A stretch of 64,000 bases of DNA, taken from the UHGV virus genome UHGV-1370141, one strand, 5' to 3'. Below, piece after piece: positions 8,662 to 18,257 of this stretch. Made by a program: the position numbers and the translations under genes. Origin of the DNA: a virus. How positions within the stretch are numbered: the first letter of the stretch is position 1; the number at the start of each line of letters is the position of its first letter. The notes below the pieces were generated by a model, which was not told the origin of the DNA, did no database searches, and saw nothing but the letters and a program-made list of their open reading frames with translations.

Positions 8662-9252
8662 TCATTTTACTAACCCCGCTTTTACCGCATAATCTGCCAT
8701 TTCTCTGAAGACGCGGCCGTACCAACCGTAGGTGTATTTCTCGTTTCTCTTACGTTTTTCGGAGATTTCCGTGTAGTAAGTTACTTGGTGCGAGATTAAC
8801 GCAAAGATTAAAATGCTCAACCCTTCATCTTTACGATATTTCAGGTAGGCGTTCAACGCACCCAGTGTCTTAGGACCCATACCGCCGTCGGTGTCAATAT
8901 CTGCGTAAAGTTTCCCTTCGTTATTTAAAACGTTGAGAATACGTTGTAACGATTTCACACAGTTAGCACGCCCTGCGTTAATACCAAAATCAAACATCCG
9001 GTCTGCGAGTAACGGTGAGATAGCGAAAATCTCATCAAGTTTGAGCTTCTTCCACCAACCGCGATCGTAAATATCAAACGCTTGTGCACGGGTGAGGTCT
9101 TTCATTTTCCCTGTGTAGCCGTATTCGCGTGCAGTAGTTAAAGTTACACCGTGACAGGTTTCTCCACCTTTGTCGTCAGGGTCGTTGACGTACCCGCCTT
9201 CTAAATCCGTTTTGGATTCAATAATACCTTCTTTAGTCCAACGTTCAGCCAT
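8662..9252 (-). CDS. GH108-family muramidase with peptidoglycan-binding domain (endolysin-like, 196 aa)
   Basis: EGGYVNDPDDKGGETCHGVT motif typical of glycoside hydrolase family 108. Confidence 0.7.
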   Translation of the reverse strand: MAERWTKEGIIESKTDLEGGYVNDPDDKGGETCHGVTLTTAREYGYTGKMKDLTRAQAFDIYDRGWWKKLKLDEIFAISPLLADRMFDFGINAGRANCVKSLQRILNVLNNEGKLYADIDTDGGMGPKTLGALNAYLKYRKDEGLSILIFALISHQVTYYTEISEKRKRNEKYTYGWYGRVFREMADYAVKAGLVK

Positions 9253-9315
9253 TTTCGTTCAACTCCTCTTTTACACAAAAAAGAAAAGAGGGTGGGGATT
9301 ACCCCCACCCTGTAA

Positions 9316-9795
9316 TTATTTTTTCTTCTTAGCGCGTGATGGCTTAGCTGGCGGTGTTTCAACAGCCGGTTTACGTGCAACACGCACTGTAAAACCACCA
9401 ACCCAGGTCAGACACTCAGGACGGAAGAAAATACCGTGTTCGATTGCGCTACCGTCCAACGGTAACTCACCAACCTGTTCTACCCATACATCGTCTTCTG
9501 TAAGGGTTAGGCTATACTGTTCGTTAATTACGGGCAGTAGGTCAGCGGTAGTCGTTGCAGACTCCACTAACAGTTTCGGTAATACGTTCAGGAAATACAA
9601 ACCTGCGTCAATGCGGTTATACTGGAACGTTTGTTCGTTAGTGTAACCGAGATTCTTAATTGACGCAACTGTGATTTCGGTATTGTACGTACCGGTGGTT
9701 ACGACCGGGTCACCCAGCGTGACTTTGGTGGTGTCGAACTCAGCGTCTGGGTTAGCCTTTTTAATAAGGTCGAAGATAGTTTCTTGATTGGTCAT
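9316..9795 (-). CDS. hypothetical protein with lysine-rich C-terminus (159 aa)
   Basis: ORF. Confidence 0.5.
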   Translation of the reverse strand: MTNQETIFDLIKKANPDAEFDTTKVTLGDPVVTTGTYNTEITVASIKNLGYTNEQTFQYNRIDAGLYFLNVLPKLLVESATTTADLLPVINEQYSLTLTEDDVWVEQVGELPLDGSAIEHGIFFRPECLTWVGGFTVRVARKPAVETPPAKPSRAKKKK

Positions 9796-9808
9796 TACTG
9801 TAATCCTC

Positions 9809-10657
9809 TTAATCTAAGAATCCCGGTAAGACCGGATTAGTCTGCGCTAATTCAATCTTCGACTTCGGACGATCGGTGCCGTTAAAGTGGATTAACAGAT
9901 TACCGGTCAGGTTAGAACACAGCGGGCTGAGCGTCAGCACCAACACACGCGTGAACTTCGTATTTGCGCCTTCGTAACCTGCGGTTGGACCATCGTAAAT
10001 AATCTTCGCACCATACAGGTTGTTAGCCGCGTTCTTAGGTACACTTACCCATTTCTCATCAACGACGTTAGCCAGTTTAGTGGCTAACTCAGCCAGGTCG
10101 ACGGTGTCGTTGATAGTAATCGGGTCAAGGTAATCTTTTTCTGCGGTGAAATCAATCGGGTGAGAATAAACCGCAGCGTTACCTTTCTTAGTAGACGGAT
10201 ACTCTACCAGATTCTCTAATTGAGTAACTGGTAACAGTTCAGTCAGGTCAATAGGATCACGCAGCGTAAGTGTTACTACACCGCACCACTCGTAAGATTT
10301 CTCGTTAGCGGTAAGCTGATGGGTTTCACCTTCAACTTTTGCGTCAACGATATCCGAGGGTAAAATATTTAGGTTGTATTTTGCGTTAATCGCATTAAGC
10401 AAATCCGATGCGGTTACCACACTGTCGTTACCGAACACCAACTCACCGGTTAGGTAGTCAGGTAAATTACGACGGTGGTAAGTCACGGTTAAAGTAGTAG
10501 ACTCATCGCCTTTGAGTTTAGAGGTCAGAACCACCTGGGTATCAACCCCAGTACCGGTAGGTTCTCCGATATCAACATCACTGAAAGTCAACGGTGGACT
10601 AATATTGTTTTCAGTGTTGATGAGTTTTAGCAGTTTCTGTTTTGACGTAAGAGACAT
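9809..10657 (-). CDS. hypothetical protein (282 aa)
   Basis: ORF. Confidence 0.5.
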   Translation of the reverse strand: MSLTSKQKLLKLINTENNISPPLTFSDVDIGEPTGTGVDTQVVLTSKLKGDESTTLTVTYHRRNLPDYLTGELVFGNDSVVTASDLLNAINAKYNLNILPSDIVDAKVEGETHQLTANEKSYEWCGVVTLTLRDPIDLTELLPVTQLENLVEYPSTKKGNAAVYSHPIDFTAEKDYLDPITINDTVDLAELATKLANVVDEKWVSVPKNAANNLYGAKIIYDGPTAGYEGANTKFTRVLVLTLSPLCSNLTGNLLIHFNGTDRPKSKIELAQTNPVLPGFLD

Positions 10658-10823
10658 CGCGTTAACTCACAGTAAGTAAAAAGGTTTAAGAGGTCGTTTT
10701 ACATCCCTCAGCCAGCATAGGAATAGTCGGGTAGGGTGTAAGTAAAGCGGTGTCAAAATAACAAAAAAGAAAAGGGAAAGAAAATTAATTCCGCTATAGA
10801 CCGAAGCCTATAGCGGAGAGTGG

Positions 10824-11255
10824 TTAGCGAACGTTGTGTGCTAAGTACATTAGCGTACGGGTGTCGATATCACGAGAAGTTTGTGACATTTGGTTCAGTA
10901 GAGTGCTGGCAGTAGGGTCGTTGTAAACACGACTTAACCACTCGTCAACCATTTCTGGTACAGTGTCGACTAAAAGCGGATAGTTAAGATTTTCCAGTGT
11001 GTATTCAACGAATTCGTGCATCAGATTCTGGTCACGATGCATAGTGTCACCTAACTCACCTACAGGGTACTCTTCACGAGGACGTTTACCCCAGCTACAG
11101 ATGTGCATGTAGTTAGTATTCACAATTTCTTGATATTCTTCTAACTTAACTAAATCGAAGTCAGTATTTGGACGACAGAAACCTGCTAAAACGCCTAAAG
11201 CAATCGGATTGTTACGAATGTAGTTACGGATATCATCTTTTAATAGGAAAAACAT
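10824..11255 (-). CDS. hypothetical protein (143 aa), paralog of 12521..12964
   Basis: ORF; similar N-terminal pattern and Y-P-x-G-x-x-G motif to 12521..12964. Confidence 0.5.
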   Translation of the reverse strand: MFFLLKDDIRNYIRNNPIALGVLAGFCRPNTDFDLVKLEEYQEIVNTNYMHICSWGKRPREEYPVGELGDTMHRDQNLMHEFVEYTLENLNYPLLVDTVPEMVDEWLSRVYNDPTASTLLNQMSQTSRDIDTRTLMYLAHNVR

Positions 11256-11331
11256 TTTAATGCTCCTTTAGGTAAATACAATAATAGAGGGGTGGATTAC
11301 CACCCCTTGGTTGAATTTAGAACGTCGTTAA

Positions 11332-12498
11332 TTAACGACGTTTTTGACAATTAGGGCAGTTGCAACCTACGCCAGAAGATATTTCTCTAAAGTACGCGTC
11401 GAGTAAGTGCTCGTTATTATTAAGAAAACGAACTGACCACAAGTCACGCAGATGAGTTTTTAACTTTCCAATAATACCGGGTTCATAGTTGAGTAGAATG
11501 GTAAGTGCGTTGTCTGTGTAAGTCCACTGACGGACTTTCTCAGGAAACCAACGAGTGATATCACGCATAAACGTATCGGCATCTTCTTTCCCAATAGCAG
11601 TGATTGTCAGAAGACGTAGACGGTTGTTAACAAACTCATCAATGAGACTATGAATTTCTTCTTCAAAAGCAATGTTCCACCATTTCCATTTAAAGGTGAG
11701 TTTTTCGCCCTCGAGTTTGGTCTCTACCTTGGTAGAATAGAATGCTGTCAAAGTGTCATTAATCGCTTCGGCATCTGGACCAGTGTATGTAAAGGCTTTC
11801 AACACATCGGACTCTTCACGCGGTTGCTCCCCTTCTTCGAGTTGGTTAAGAAAAATTTTCTTTGTTAACTTACGCATACAGATGTTCAATTGATTAATAA
11901 CAACAGGGTCATTATCAACAATCACTGTTAAAGTATCGCCAACATAATTAGACTGGCGAATTTTCTCCTTGTGTTCGTGAACAACTATACGCATGAATTC
12001 GTCCGCTTCACCTTTTCCGATACCTTGAAACGAAATAAGACGAACGGTGTCGTTATCGATCATCTCAGCGACAGAACGTACTTCTTCCATGAGGTTACGA
12101 TCGTCTTTCTTCAATCGAACGACGAGTTTGCTGTTATCCCAGTAAATGCCTAAATCGTCGGGATAGAAGGTCTCTAACGCCTCTTTAATATCCTTAATCT
12201 TTTCGCCTTCGTACCAGAGGACGTGCGGTTCGTCTTTCTGCTGCTCTTCGACTTTCGGTTGTTCAGTCTCGGCCGTTTCTACCGGGTTGAGCAACTCACC
12301 GATTTCCACCGCGATAGTGTCGCAAAGATAATCGTTGCAGTGAGTCCAGTAGAACACGATGCTTTCATCATTGACCTGCTCTACGCGGAAATGTACACCT
12401 TTATCCAGGAATATACGATAAAGTTGATCGAGTAACTGTGCTTCAGGAACCGGACGGATTTCGGTTTTAACGAGCGGTGTAATCTCGATATTATACAT
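11332..12498 (-). CDS. hypothetical protein (388 aa) with internal duplication and C-terminal CxCxxC
   Basis: ORF; two similar ~70-aa segments; ends GVGCNCPNCQKRR. Confidence 0.55.
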   Translation of the reverse strand: MYNIEITPLVKTEIRPVPEAQLLDQLYRIFLDKGVHFRVEQVNDESIVFYWTHCNDYLCDTIAVEIGELLNPVETAETEQPKVEEQQKDEPHVLWYEGEKIKDIKEALETFYPDDLGIYWDNSKLVVRLKKDDRNLMEEVRSVAEMIDNDTVRLISFQGIGKGEADEFMRIVVHEHKEKIRQSNYVGDTLTVIVDNDPVVINQLNICMRKLTKKIFLNQLEEGEQPREESDVLKAFTYTGPDAEAINDTLTAFYSTKVETKLEGEKLTFKWKWWNIAFEEEIHSLIDEFVNNRLRLLTITAIGKEDADTFMRDITRWFPEKVRQWTYTDNALTILLNYEPGIIGKLKTHLRDLWSVRFLNNNEHLLDAYFREISSGVGCNCPNCQKRR

Positions 12499-12520
12499 GT
12501 CAATTTTCCTTTTTGGTAAA

Positions 12521-12964
12521 TTATTCGTAGTTGTGCTTAAGGAACTCTAAAGCACGTTGGTCATTGGTTAATGCTACTGCCGACATTTTCTTTAAGGCTT
12601 GACGACAGTAAGCGTCACTCACAATACGTTGTTGCCAAGCATTGACAATTTCCGTAACGGTTTCTCCTTCTACAGCCGTATTGAGTTTATCGATAAAGTG
12701 ACGTCCCATCAGATACGCAACTGCGTAGTCCGTGAACATCTCTGTACCGAAATCACCGTCTGGGTAGTCAGCACGTTTCCGCACTGACATATCGGTAACG
12801 ATTTGATACGACGACTTCACCACTTCGTGGAATTTTTCTACCGTTAAGGTGTTAAGGTCCATACCCGATAAAGAGAGTGAAGCCAGTACCGGAATACTGG
12901 CTGGGTATTTACGAATGTAATCACGCAACTCTAATTTCAGTTCTTTGCTCATTGAACTCACCAC
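12521..12964 (-). CDS. hypothetical protein (147 aa)
   Basis: ORF. Confidence 0.5.
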   Translation of the reverse strand: MVSSMSKELKLELRDYIRKYPASIPVLASLSLSGMDLNTLTVEKFHEVVKSSYQIVTDMSVRKRADYPDGDFGTEMFTDYAVAYLMGRHFIDKLNTAVEGETVTEIVNAWQQRIVSDAYCRQALKKMSAVALTNDQRALEFLKHNYE

Positions 12965-13431
12965 TTATATTCAAACAAATAGCTGGAGAAAACATCGGCG
13001 AAATTTTCTAAATCATCGGTGTCAATCAAATCCAATCCTTTATTCAGAGATCCTAGCCATGTACCGTCGTAGCAAACTGCCATTACAGAATGGCGAACTT
13101 TTAGTTTACCGTCATTAGTAAATGAACGTTCACCGTTCTCGCCCGCCTCGTAGCGTTCCCCATTGTCAGCCAAGATAACCAGTTTGTCTAACGGGATGAA
13201 AGCGTCCATTACAACAAAGTCATAACGTGCAGTGACATGATTGTCGGTTACAGTTAAACGTTCAATAATGTAAAGGTTTGAATCACGTTTCAGCTCTTTG
13301 CTTTTTCTCCATCCATTCTTAATCAGCGAAAAAGCATCGCTTCTGCCAGTAAACAGATCTTTAATTTTATAGGTTTTTTCTACTGAATGGAAAGCGGCAT
13401 GAACGTTGCTGTTGATTTCTAAGCTAAACAT
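12958..13431 (-). CDS. hypothetical protein (157 aa)
   Basis: ORF. Confidence 0.5.
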   Translation of the reverse strand: MFSLEINSNVHAAFHSVEKTYKIKDLFTGRSDAFSLIKNGWRKSKELKRDSNLYIIERLTVTDNHVTARYDFVVMDAFIPLDKLVILADNGERYEAGENGERSFTNDGKLKVRHSVMAVCYDGTWLGSLNKGLDLIDTDDLENFADVFSSYLFEYKW

Positions 13432-13479
13432 ATTCTATTCCTTATATACAAGTCGAAGAGTTAATGTGTTAATTTTCGT

Positions 13480-13974
13480 TTAGAGATGTTTTTCGATAAC
13501 TTCCGAAACTAATTCGTAAAGGTCATCGTCGCTGCACACTTCTACACTAATTCCGATATCGATACTACGACTACGGAACCCAACTTTGAGCGATTTACCG
13601 AACTCGGTTTGAAAGGCTTTATAGAGGATGTTCTTATCTTCTTCTGTGAGGCGAACAGGTAGTCTAACGGTGAACTTGTAATGTTCTTTCGAAACAAGTT
13701 CGTTGGAATAATTGAGTCGTTTGGCTCCACGCGTTCCGACAATCTGTGTTACCAGCTTAAACATTTCCTCGTCGGTATACGCTGTTGCGCTATAACCGAT
13801 ATCGATAGTGTTTCTGCGGAAACCTGCGCAGAACAAAGCACCGAACTGTTCACGGAATTCTTTGTACAGGACGTCTTTTTCTACGTCCAGTAATCCGTAA
13901 CCCAAGTCAACAGTAAATTTGTATTTTTCTTTGTCAACCAATTCATTAGTGTAATCAAGTCTAGTGAAGTTCAT
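13480..13974 (-). CDS. hypothetical protein (164 aa) built from two tandem ~80-aa repeats
   Basis: ORF; halves LDYTNELVDKEKYKFTVDL... and LNYSNELVSKEHYKFTVRL... are clearly homologous. Confidence 0.55.
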   Translation of the reverse strand: MNFTRLDYTNELVDKEKYKFTVDLGYGLLDVEKDVLYKEFREQFGALFCAGFRRNTIDIGYSATAYTDEEMFKLVTQIVGTRGAKRLNYSNELVSKEHYKFTVRLPVRLTEEDKNILYKAFQTEFGKSLKVGFRSRSIDIGISVEVCSDDDLYELVSEVIEKHL

Positions 13975-14025
13975 GGTATATGCTCCTAAAATGGTTTTAG
14001 TTAAGTGAGAGCTTTCGTACTCTCA

Positions 14026-14050
14026 CCTAAGTAATATATATCTGAAAATA
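14026..14050 (-). promoter_or_regulatory. conserved promoter-like motif (copy 1) with adjacent hairpin
   Basis: Minus-strand TCAGATATATATTACTTAGG, one of three near-identical copies; followed by hairpin 14005..14026; upstream of gene 13480..13974. Confidence 0.5.
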
Positions 14051-14056
14051 TTTTAA

Positions 14057-14395
14057 TTAAAACCCAGCAATAAAACTGCCTAATGAAAGACGCTGTAAGT
14101 ATTTTGGCTTACGTGCCAGGTAACAGTTCTTAGGATTACCTATCGCCATCTGTGCAACCGCACGTTCTAAACGCGGTGCTTCTAAGATAGCACGATAGTT
14201 CCCTTCGTAATGCATTAACCATGCACACTCTTCAACAAAACGTTTTGCTTCTCGGTATTCTAACGTACGAATACGTTTCTTACCACGATACAAAACCACA
14301 TCACCATTACTACGAAATACAACCGTTTCACGATTCATTGATTTTACCCCATAATTCTCGCCGTAAAACTTGTTTATACATATCGACCTGAGCAC
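14057..14395 (-). CDS. hypothetical protein (112 aa)
   Basis: ORF. Confidence 0.45.
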   Translation of the reverse strand: MLRSICINKFYGENYGVKSMNRETVVFRSNGDVVLYRGKKRIRTLEYREAKRFVEECAWLMHYEGNYRAILEAPRLERAVAQMAIGNPKNCYLARKPKYLQRLSLGSFIAGF

Positions 14396-14642
14396 GACAA
14401 TCTTTTGTGGCCTTCTCTAGTATTAAAAAACCAGCTTCTTTTGGCAATTTCTCCTCGCAAATGTACTCGGTAATAGCACAAAGCTTGTAATAAAGCTCTA
14501 GCTGTTCCCTGAGCGATTTTTCCTGCACTTTAATTAATTCATCTTGCTTAGCAATAACCTTTTCATTAACTTCGCAGACAGGACATTTCTTACGTTTAAA
14601 TAGCCGAATTAGTTTAAAAACCATTATCGCCACCGTTTGCAA
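14328..14642 (-). CDS. hypothetical protein (104 aa)
   Basis: ORF, overlaps neighbours; start uncertain. Confidence 0.4.
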   Translation of the reverse strand: MQTVAIMVFKLIRLFKRKKCPVCEVNEKVIAKQDELIKVQEKSLREQLELYYKLCAITEYICEEKLPKEAGFLILEKATKDCRAQVDMYKQVLRRELWGKINES

Positions 14643-14922
14643 TCCAGGTTGCTACACGAACGTGTGCACTGTGAAAGTTAGAGACTAAGAGTATTACACC
14701 ACCTAACGTACGTGGAACGCGTAAGGCTTCGAAACGACGACAGTAAGAACGTACACAATACTCAGAACCTAAGATAACGATTTCGCAGTATTCTGAACGA
14801 ATCGGCAGTAGTTGAGAAACGAGTTTATCACACGTTTCTTTGTTGTCTTCTAATAACCCGCCACTGAGAATATAGTTGACGATGTTCTCAGGTGCCGATG
14901 TGTTTGCGATTTTATTTTCCAT
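14614..14922 (-). CDS. hypothetical protein (102 aa)
   Basis: ORF. Confidence 0.4.
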   Translation of the reverse strand: MENKIANTSAPENIVNYILSGGLLEDNKETCDKLVSQLLPIRSEYCEIVILGSEYCVRSYCRRFEALRVPRTLGGVILLVSNFHSAHVRVATWIANGGDNGF

Positions 14923-14924
14923 CG

Positions 14925-15323
14925 TTAAACTCCTATAGTGATCTCCGTGATGTGCATTCTTCGCATCTCACGAGTCATTCTGTCTATTGCCCGTTGACAT
15001 TCGAATAAATTGTCGTAGTATTTCTGGGCAGTAACGTTGAATATAATCCGACCTTCTTTCAATTGTTTAGCAACGACTTTTGTAGTTTCCGATTCAAACA
15101 GCAGACCACCTTCCCTGCCAATCTTAACTAAAACGTCACGAATAGCAACGTTTATAAGCTCGCCATTTGGGGAAACCACGATTTCCGTATACCAGTCGCC
15201 CTCACTAACGATACGTTGTACCCTTTCACCGCATAGCCAGTTTTTGACTTTCCCATTGACGAATAATTGGGCCTTTAGTAACAAACGTCTTTTTAAGTAA
15301 GATAAACGCATCATGCAAATCAC
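14925..15323 (-). CDS. hypothetical protein (132 aa)
   Basis: ORF. Confidence 0.45.
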   Translation of the reverse strand: MICMMRLSYLKRRLLLKAQLFVNGKVKNWLCGERVQRIVSEGDWYTEIVVSPNGELINVAIRDVLVKIGREGGLLFESETTKVVAKQLKEGRIIFNVTAQKYYDNLFECQRAIDRMTREMRRMHITEITIGV

Positions 15324-15357
15324 CTTATCTCCCTCGGGAAAACCGAGGGAGTGCTAA

Positions 15358-15639
15358 TCACAGTTTCTCTTCTATTGTATCGATTCGAACTAACGCATCG
15401 TGACTGACTTTACGTGCGTGTCCAATCGTACTACCTAAAGCTTTTGTTGTTGGGTCTAAGGTATTCAGACGGTGATACTGATAATCGATATCTCGTATAC
15501 AACGCGCCTGTTGTTTTACCATCCGAATTAATTGTCGTTTGGTCTGACGATTGTTACTAAGTTCCTGTCGTAATCGCGTGTTTTCTTTATAAAGCTCCTG
15601 TTGACGTGTGTTAATTAAACCCAACAACCAATCTAACAT
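15358..15639 (-). CDS. hypothetical protein (93 aa)
   Basis: ORF. Confidence 0.45.
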   Translation of the reverse strand: MLDWLLGLINTRQQELYKENTRLRQELSNNRQTKRQLIRMVKQQARCIRDIDYQYHRLNTLDPTTKALGSTIGHARKVSHDALVRIDTIEEKL

Positions 15640-15641
15640 TT

Positions 15642-16157
15642 TTACCCCCTGTGCAAGAAAATGCGGTTAGTGTTTTCGAATTTCGGTTCTGTCCACTCTA
15701 GTTCCCAGTAAGCCTGGTTAATATCGCGAGACGTGAGTTTCAAATTCGAAACACCGGGGATATCGATCTGTTGCAGTAAATTAATAATCGTCACCAGCTC
15801 TTTACGAGGACGGTTCCAGATAACTTCAAGATACTCTTTCAGACGTTCTGGGTAAGCAACGGGGCGAATATAGACTAGCCCAGAAGGATACTCAATTGCT
15901 GAGGGTGTTCTTGGCACTAACCAAACCCAGTCTTTTAATAGCGGTCCTGGGTGATAATTCGAGAGTTGGGTAAGCGCGTTCGCGACGGAACAACAGCGAA
16001 AATACATGATGTCCCAGTCTTTTTCGAAACAATTACGTGCGACCAGGACCTTTAGCTTATCGATAGGTTTACCGTCAATCGTAGTAACACCTGGCTGATT
16101 AGCCAAGATTTGACGTTCACGTTTGGTATAAAGATTCATGTTGATTGTTACAGACAT
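15642..16157 (-). CDS. hypothetical protein (171 aa)
   Basis: ORF. Confidence 0.5.
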   Translation of the reverse strand: MSVTINMNLYTKRERQILANQPGVTTIDGKPIDKLKVLVARNCFEKDWDIMYFRCCSVANALTQLSNYHPGPLLKDWVWLVPRTPSAIEYPSGLVYIRPVAYPERLKEYLEVIWNRPRKELVTIINLLQQIDIPGVSNLKLTSRDINQAYWELEWTEPKFENTNRIFLHRG

Positions 16158-16199
16158 TTAATGCTCCTTTAGGTAAATAGTGGGGTAATTAAGCCTTCG

Positions 16200-17042
16200 T
16201 TATTTAAGATTCCGAACTTCTCTCATCTCGTTACAAAATCTATCAAACAGCTGGGCGTATTCGCCAACGTGAGCTTCTAGCTGTCCAAAAAAGTGGCGTG
16301 AAAGTCGTTCGCTGATTTCTTTTTCGTATTTCTTGAGAACGTGTTTAAAATATTCACCGTCTCTCTTAATTTTCTGCGCAAGGGGTTCCAGAACTTTAAG
16401 AACCCATGGTTTGTTTGGGATCAAGAGATTCAGGTTACCTTCAAGATATTTGCTTTGATAAATTATAAATAGATGGTGTTCGTGTTCATCTTTCACTGCG
16501 CGAATAAACTCGGCAGCATCGGCCTCGCTAATATCCTCAACTGTAAATAGCAGAATATTTTCTTTCTCTATGTCATTCAATAGGTTATTTAAAAAAGCGC
16601 GATAAGTAGCACCTTCATAGTTCACTTTAAGCACGTTGTTTTCAACCAGATAAGTGAATTTGTCGTTGTAAAAAAGGTATAATATCGAACCGATTTTACC
16701 TGCCTGTTTGGGGGTAAGTGGAATCTCGTCTGTGAAGTAAGCGACGTCTTTCGCAGTTGGCTTGTCTTTTAGCCTACAAGTCATTTGATCCGGAATTTCT
16801 GGATCTTTAGGCGTCTCAACAGCCCGTACTAAAATATCCATAACCGCACTAATGAGCTTGTTAGGGAAATCGACCTCGCCTTCTACCCAGAAAATGTTAA
16901 ACGCTTCTGATTTAACTTTATAGTAAAACGTGTATGTGTTTTGTAGCTCAGTGATTTCTTTAATTTGATCCTCAGTAGGGATAGGGGAAATTTTAAACTT
17001 GTTGATAACCTTTTCTTCTTCGGTGAGTTCGAACTGAAACAT
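16200..17042 (-). CDS. hypothetical protein (280 aa)
   Basis: ORF. Confidence 0.55.
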   Translation of the reverse strand: MFQFELTEEEKVINKFKISPIPTEDQIKEITELQNTYTFYYKVKSEAFNIFWVEGEVDFPNKLISAVMDILVRAVETPKDPEIPDQMTCRLKDKPTAKDVAYFTDEIPLTPKQAGKIGSILYLFYNDKFTYLVENNVLKVNYEGATYRAFLNNLLNDIEKENILLFTVEDISEADAAEFIRAVKDEHEHHLFIIYQSKYLEGNLNLLIPNKPWVLKVLEPLAQKIKRDGEYFKHVLKKYEKEISERLSRHFFGQLEAHVGEYAQLFDRFCNEMREVRNLK

Positions 17043-17053
17043 GCTACTCCTCC

Positions 17054-17497
17054 TTAAATCATTGCTGGGAATTCGAAATCAATCTTATTTACGATCCCGT
17101 AATCTTCTTTTAGTTGAATGTTTAATGTTCCCTGAAATAACTCAAGAGAACCGATGAAGAACGCTGTGTAGCAGTTTCCACGAACAGAAAAGGCAAGATC
17201 CAATCCCCTTAAACAGCGTTTTAAGGTATCGTGTTCTTCTTTACTACCGAACAACTGGAAATTGATAACGGTAATCTGTTTGTTAATGATTGCCATTAAC
17301 CAATTTTTAATTCTTTTCGTGGTTATACTCTCTTTAAAATCGTTAGCTTCTGGTAGCCAACTAACGTGAACAAACGGAGCGGCATAATCCACGCGAACCT
17401 TTTGCTGCCAACGTACTTGCATCAAACCACGAATACGATTTGCTAACGTTTCAGAATCACAAAGTAGCATAATGCCATTAGTAGTATTTGGTTTCAT
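17054..17497 (-). CDS. hypothetical protein (147 aa)
   Basis: ORF, preceded by promoter-like motif copy 2. Confidence 0.5.
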   Translation of the reverse strand: MKPNTTNGIMLLCDSETLANRIRGLMQVRWQQKVRVDYAAPFVHVSWLPEANDFKESITTKRIKNWLMAIINKQITVINFQLFGSKEEHDTLKRCLRGLDLAFSVRGNCYTAFFIGSLELFQGTLNIQLKEDYGIVNKIDFEFPAMI

Positions 17498-17568
17498 AAT
17501 TGTCCTTCCTTCTTAATGTACTCTTCAACTCAGCTATAACTAGTGGAGTGAACGTAATTTTCACTCTC

Positions 17569-17597
17569 CCCTAGGTAATATATATCTGAGAAAAAAT
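17569..17597 (-). promoter_or_regulatory. conserved promoter-like motif (copy 2) with adjacent hairpin
   Basis: Minus-strand CTCAGATATATATTACCTAGG; hairpin gagtgaa/ttcactc at 17546..17566; upstream of 17054..17497. Confidence 0.5.
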
Positions 17598-17603
17598 AAA
17601 AAA

Positions 17604-17630
17604 GGTAGTAGGGGCTAAGCCCCTACTACC
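17604..17630 (-). terminator. stem-loop terminator
   Basis: Inverted repeat ggtagtagggg / cccctactacc with ctaa loop, downstream of gene 17637..18257. Confidence 0.6.
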
Positions 17631-17636
17631 TAAAAT

Positions 17637-18257
17637 TTATTTCATTCCGTTCTGAGAAAGTGTTGTCCCTGCAAGATGCTTAATAACGATCTTGACAGGC
17701 AAATTACTATTCTCGTACTGTACTTCGGTTTCAGACAAATCGGTGATATCGACAACTTTAGAAGGTACTTTCGCTAAGACAACCCGAATGGTGTGGGTTA
17801 TCGTACTGGCTGTGGTCTTTGTATTACTAATGTAGAAGTACGCATCAATAATACCGCCGTCTTCTGCCAGATAAACCAATTTATTTTCCAACAGACACTG
17901 GGTATAAATTGACACTCCAGATAATTGCGAAATCCCCAGTCTATTATTAACGTCAACTGTTGTTTTGCAGATTACCGCACCACCTGTCAACGTTTTTTCT
18001 ACCACCATATTTCCCGATAAGGTTTTTGCATCCATTTTTGGTACAATCGGATGAGTGCCGTCAACAAACAACCCATCGCTGTTAGACTTAAGGATGTTAT
18101 TCGCCGACGGACTCACTGTAACCTCGCCACCCCCTAATTTCTCAATCGGGAGTTGGTATTCAGTTTGTTCCTTAGACGCTAAGACTACTACACCCGTGAT
18201 GTCTTCTGAAAGTGTCTCCAGTTCATGAATGCGCACCTTTCCTACCAGTTCAGCCAT
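17637..18257 (-). CDS. short tail fibre protein with shared N-terminal anchor domain (206 aa)
   Basis: N-terminus MAELVGKVRIHELETL... homologous to N-termini of 20032..24513 and 27597..28058. Confidence 0.55.
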   Translation of the reverse strand: MAELVGKVRIHELETLSEDITGVVVLASKEQTEYQLPIEKLGGGEVTVSPSANNILKSNSDGLFVDGTHPIVPKMDAKTLSGNMVVEKTLTGGAVICKTTVDVNNRLGISQLSGVSIYTQCLLENKLVYLAEDGGIIDAYFYISNTKTTASTITHTIRVVLAKVPSKVVDITDLSETEVQYENSNLPVKIVIKHLAGTTLSQNGMK

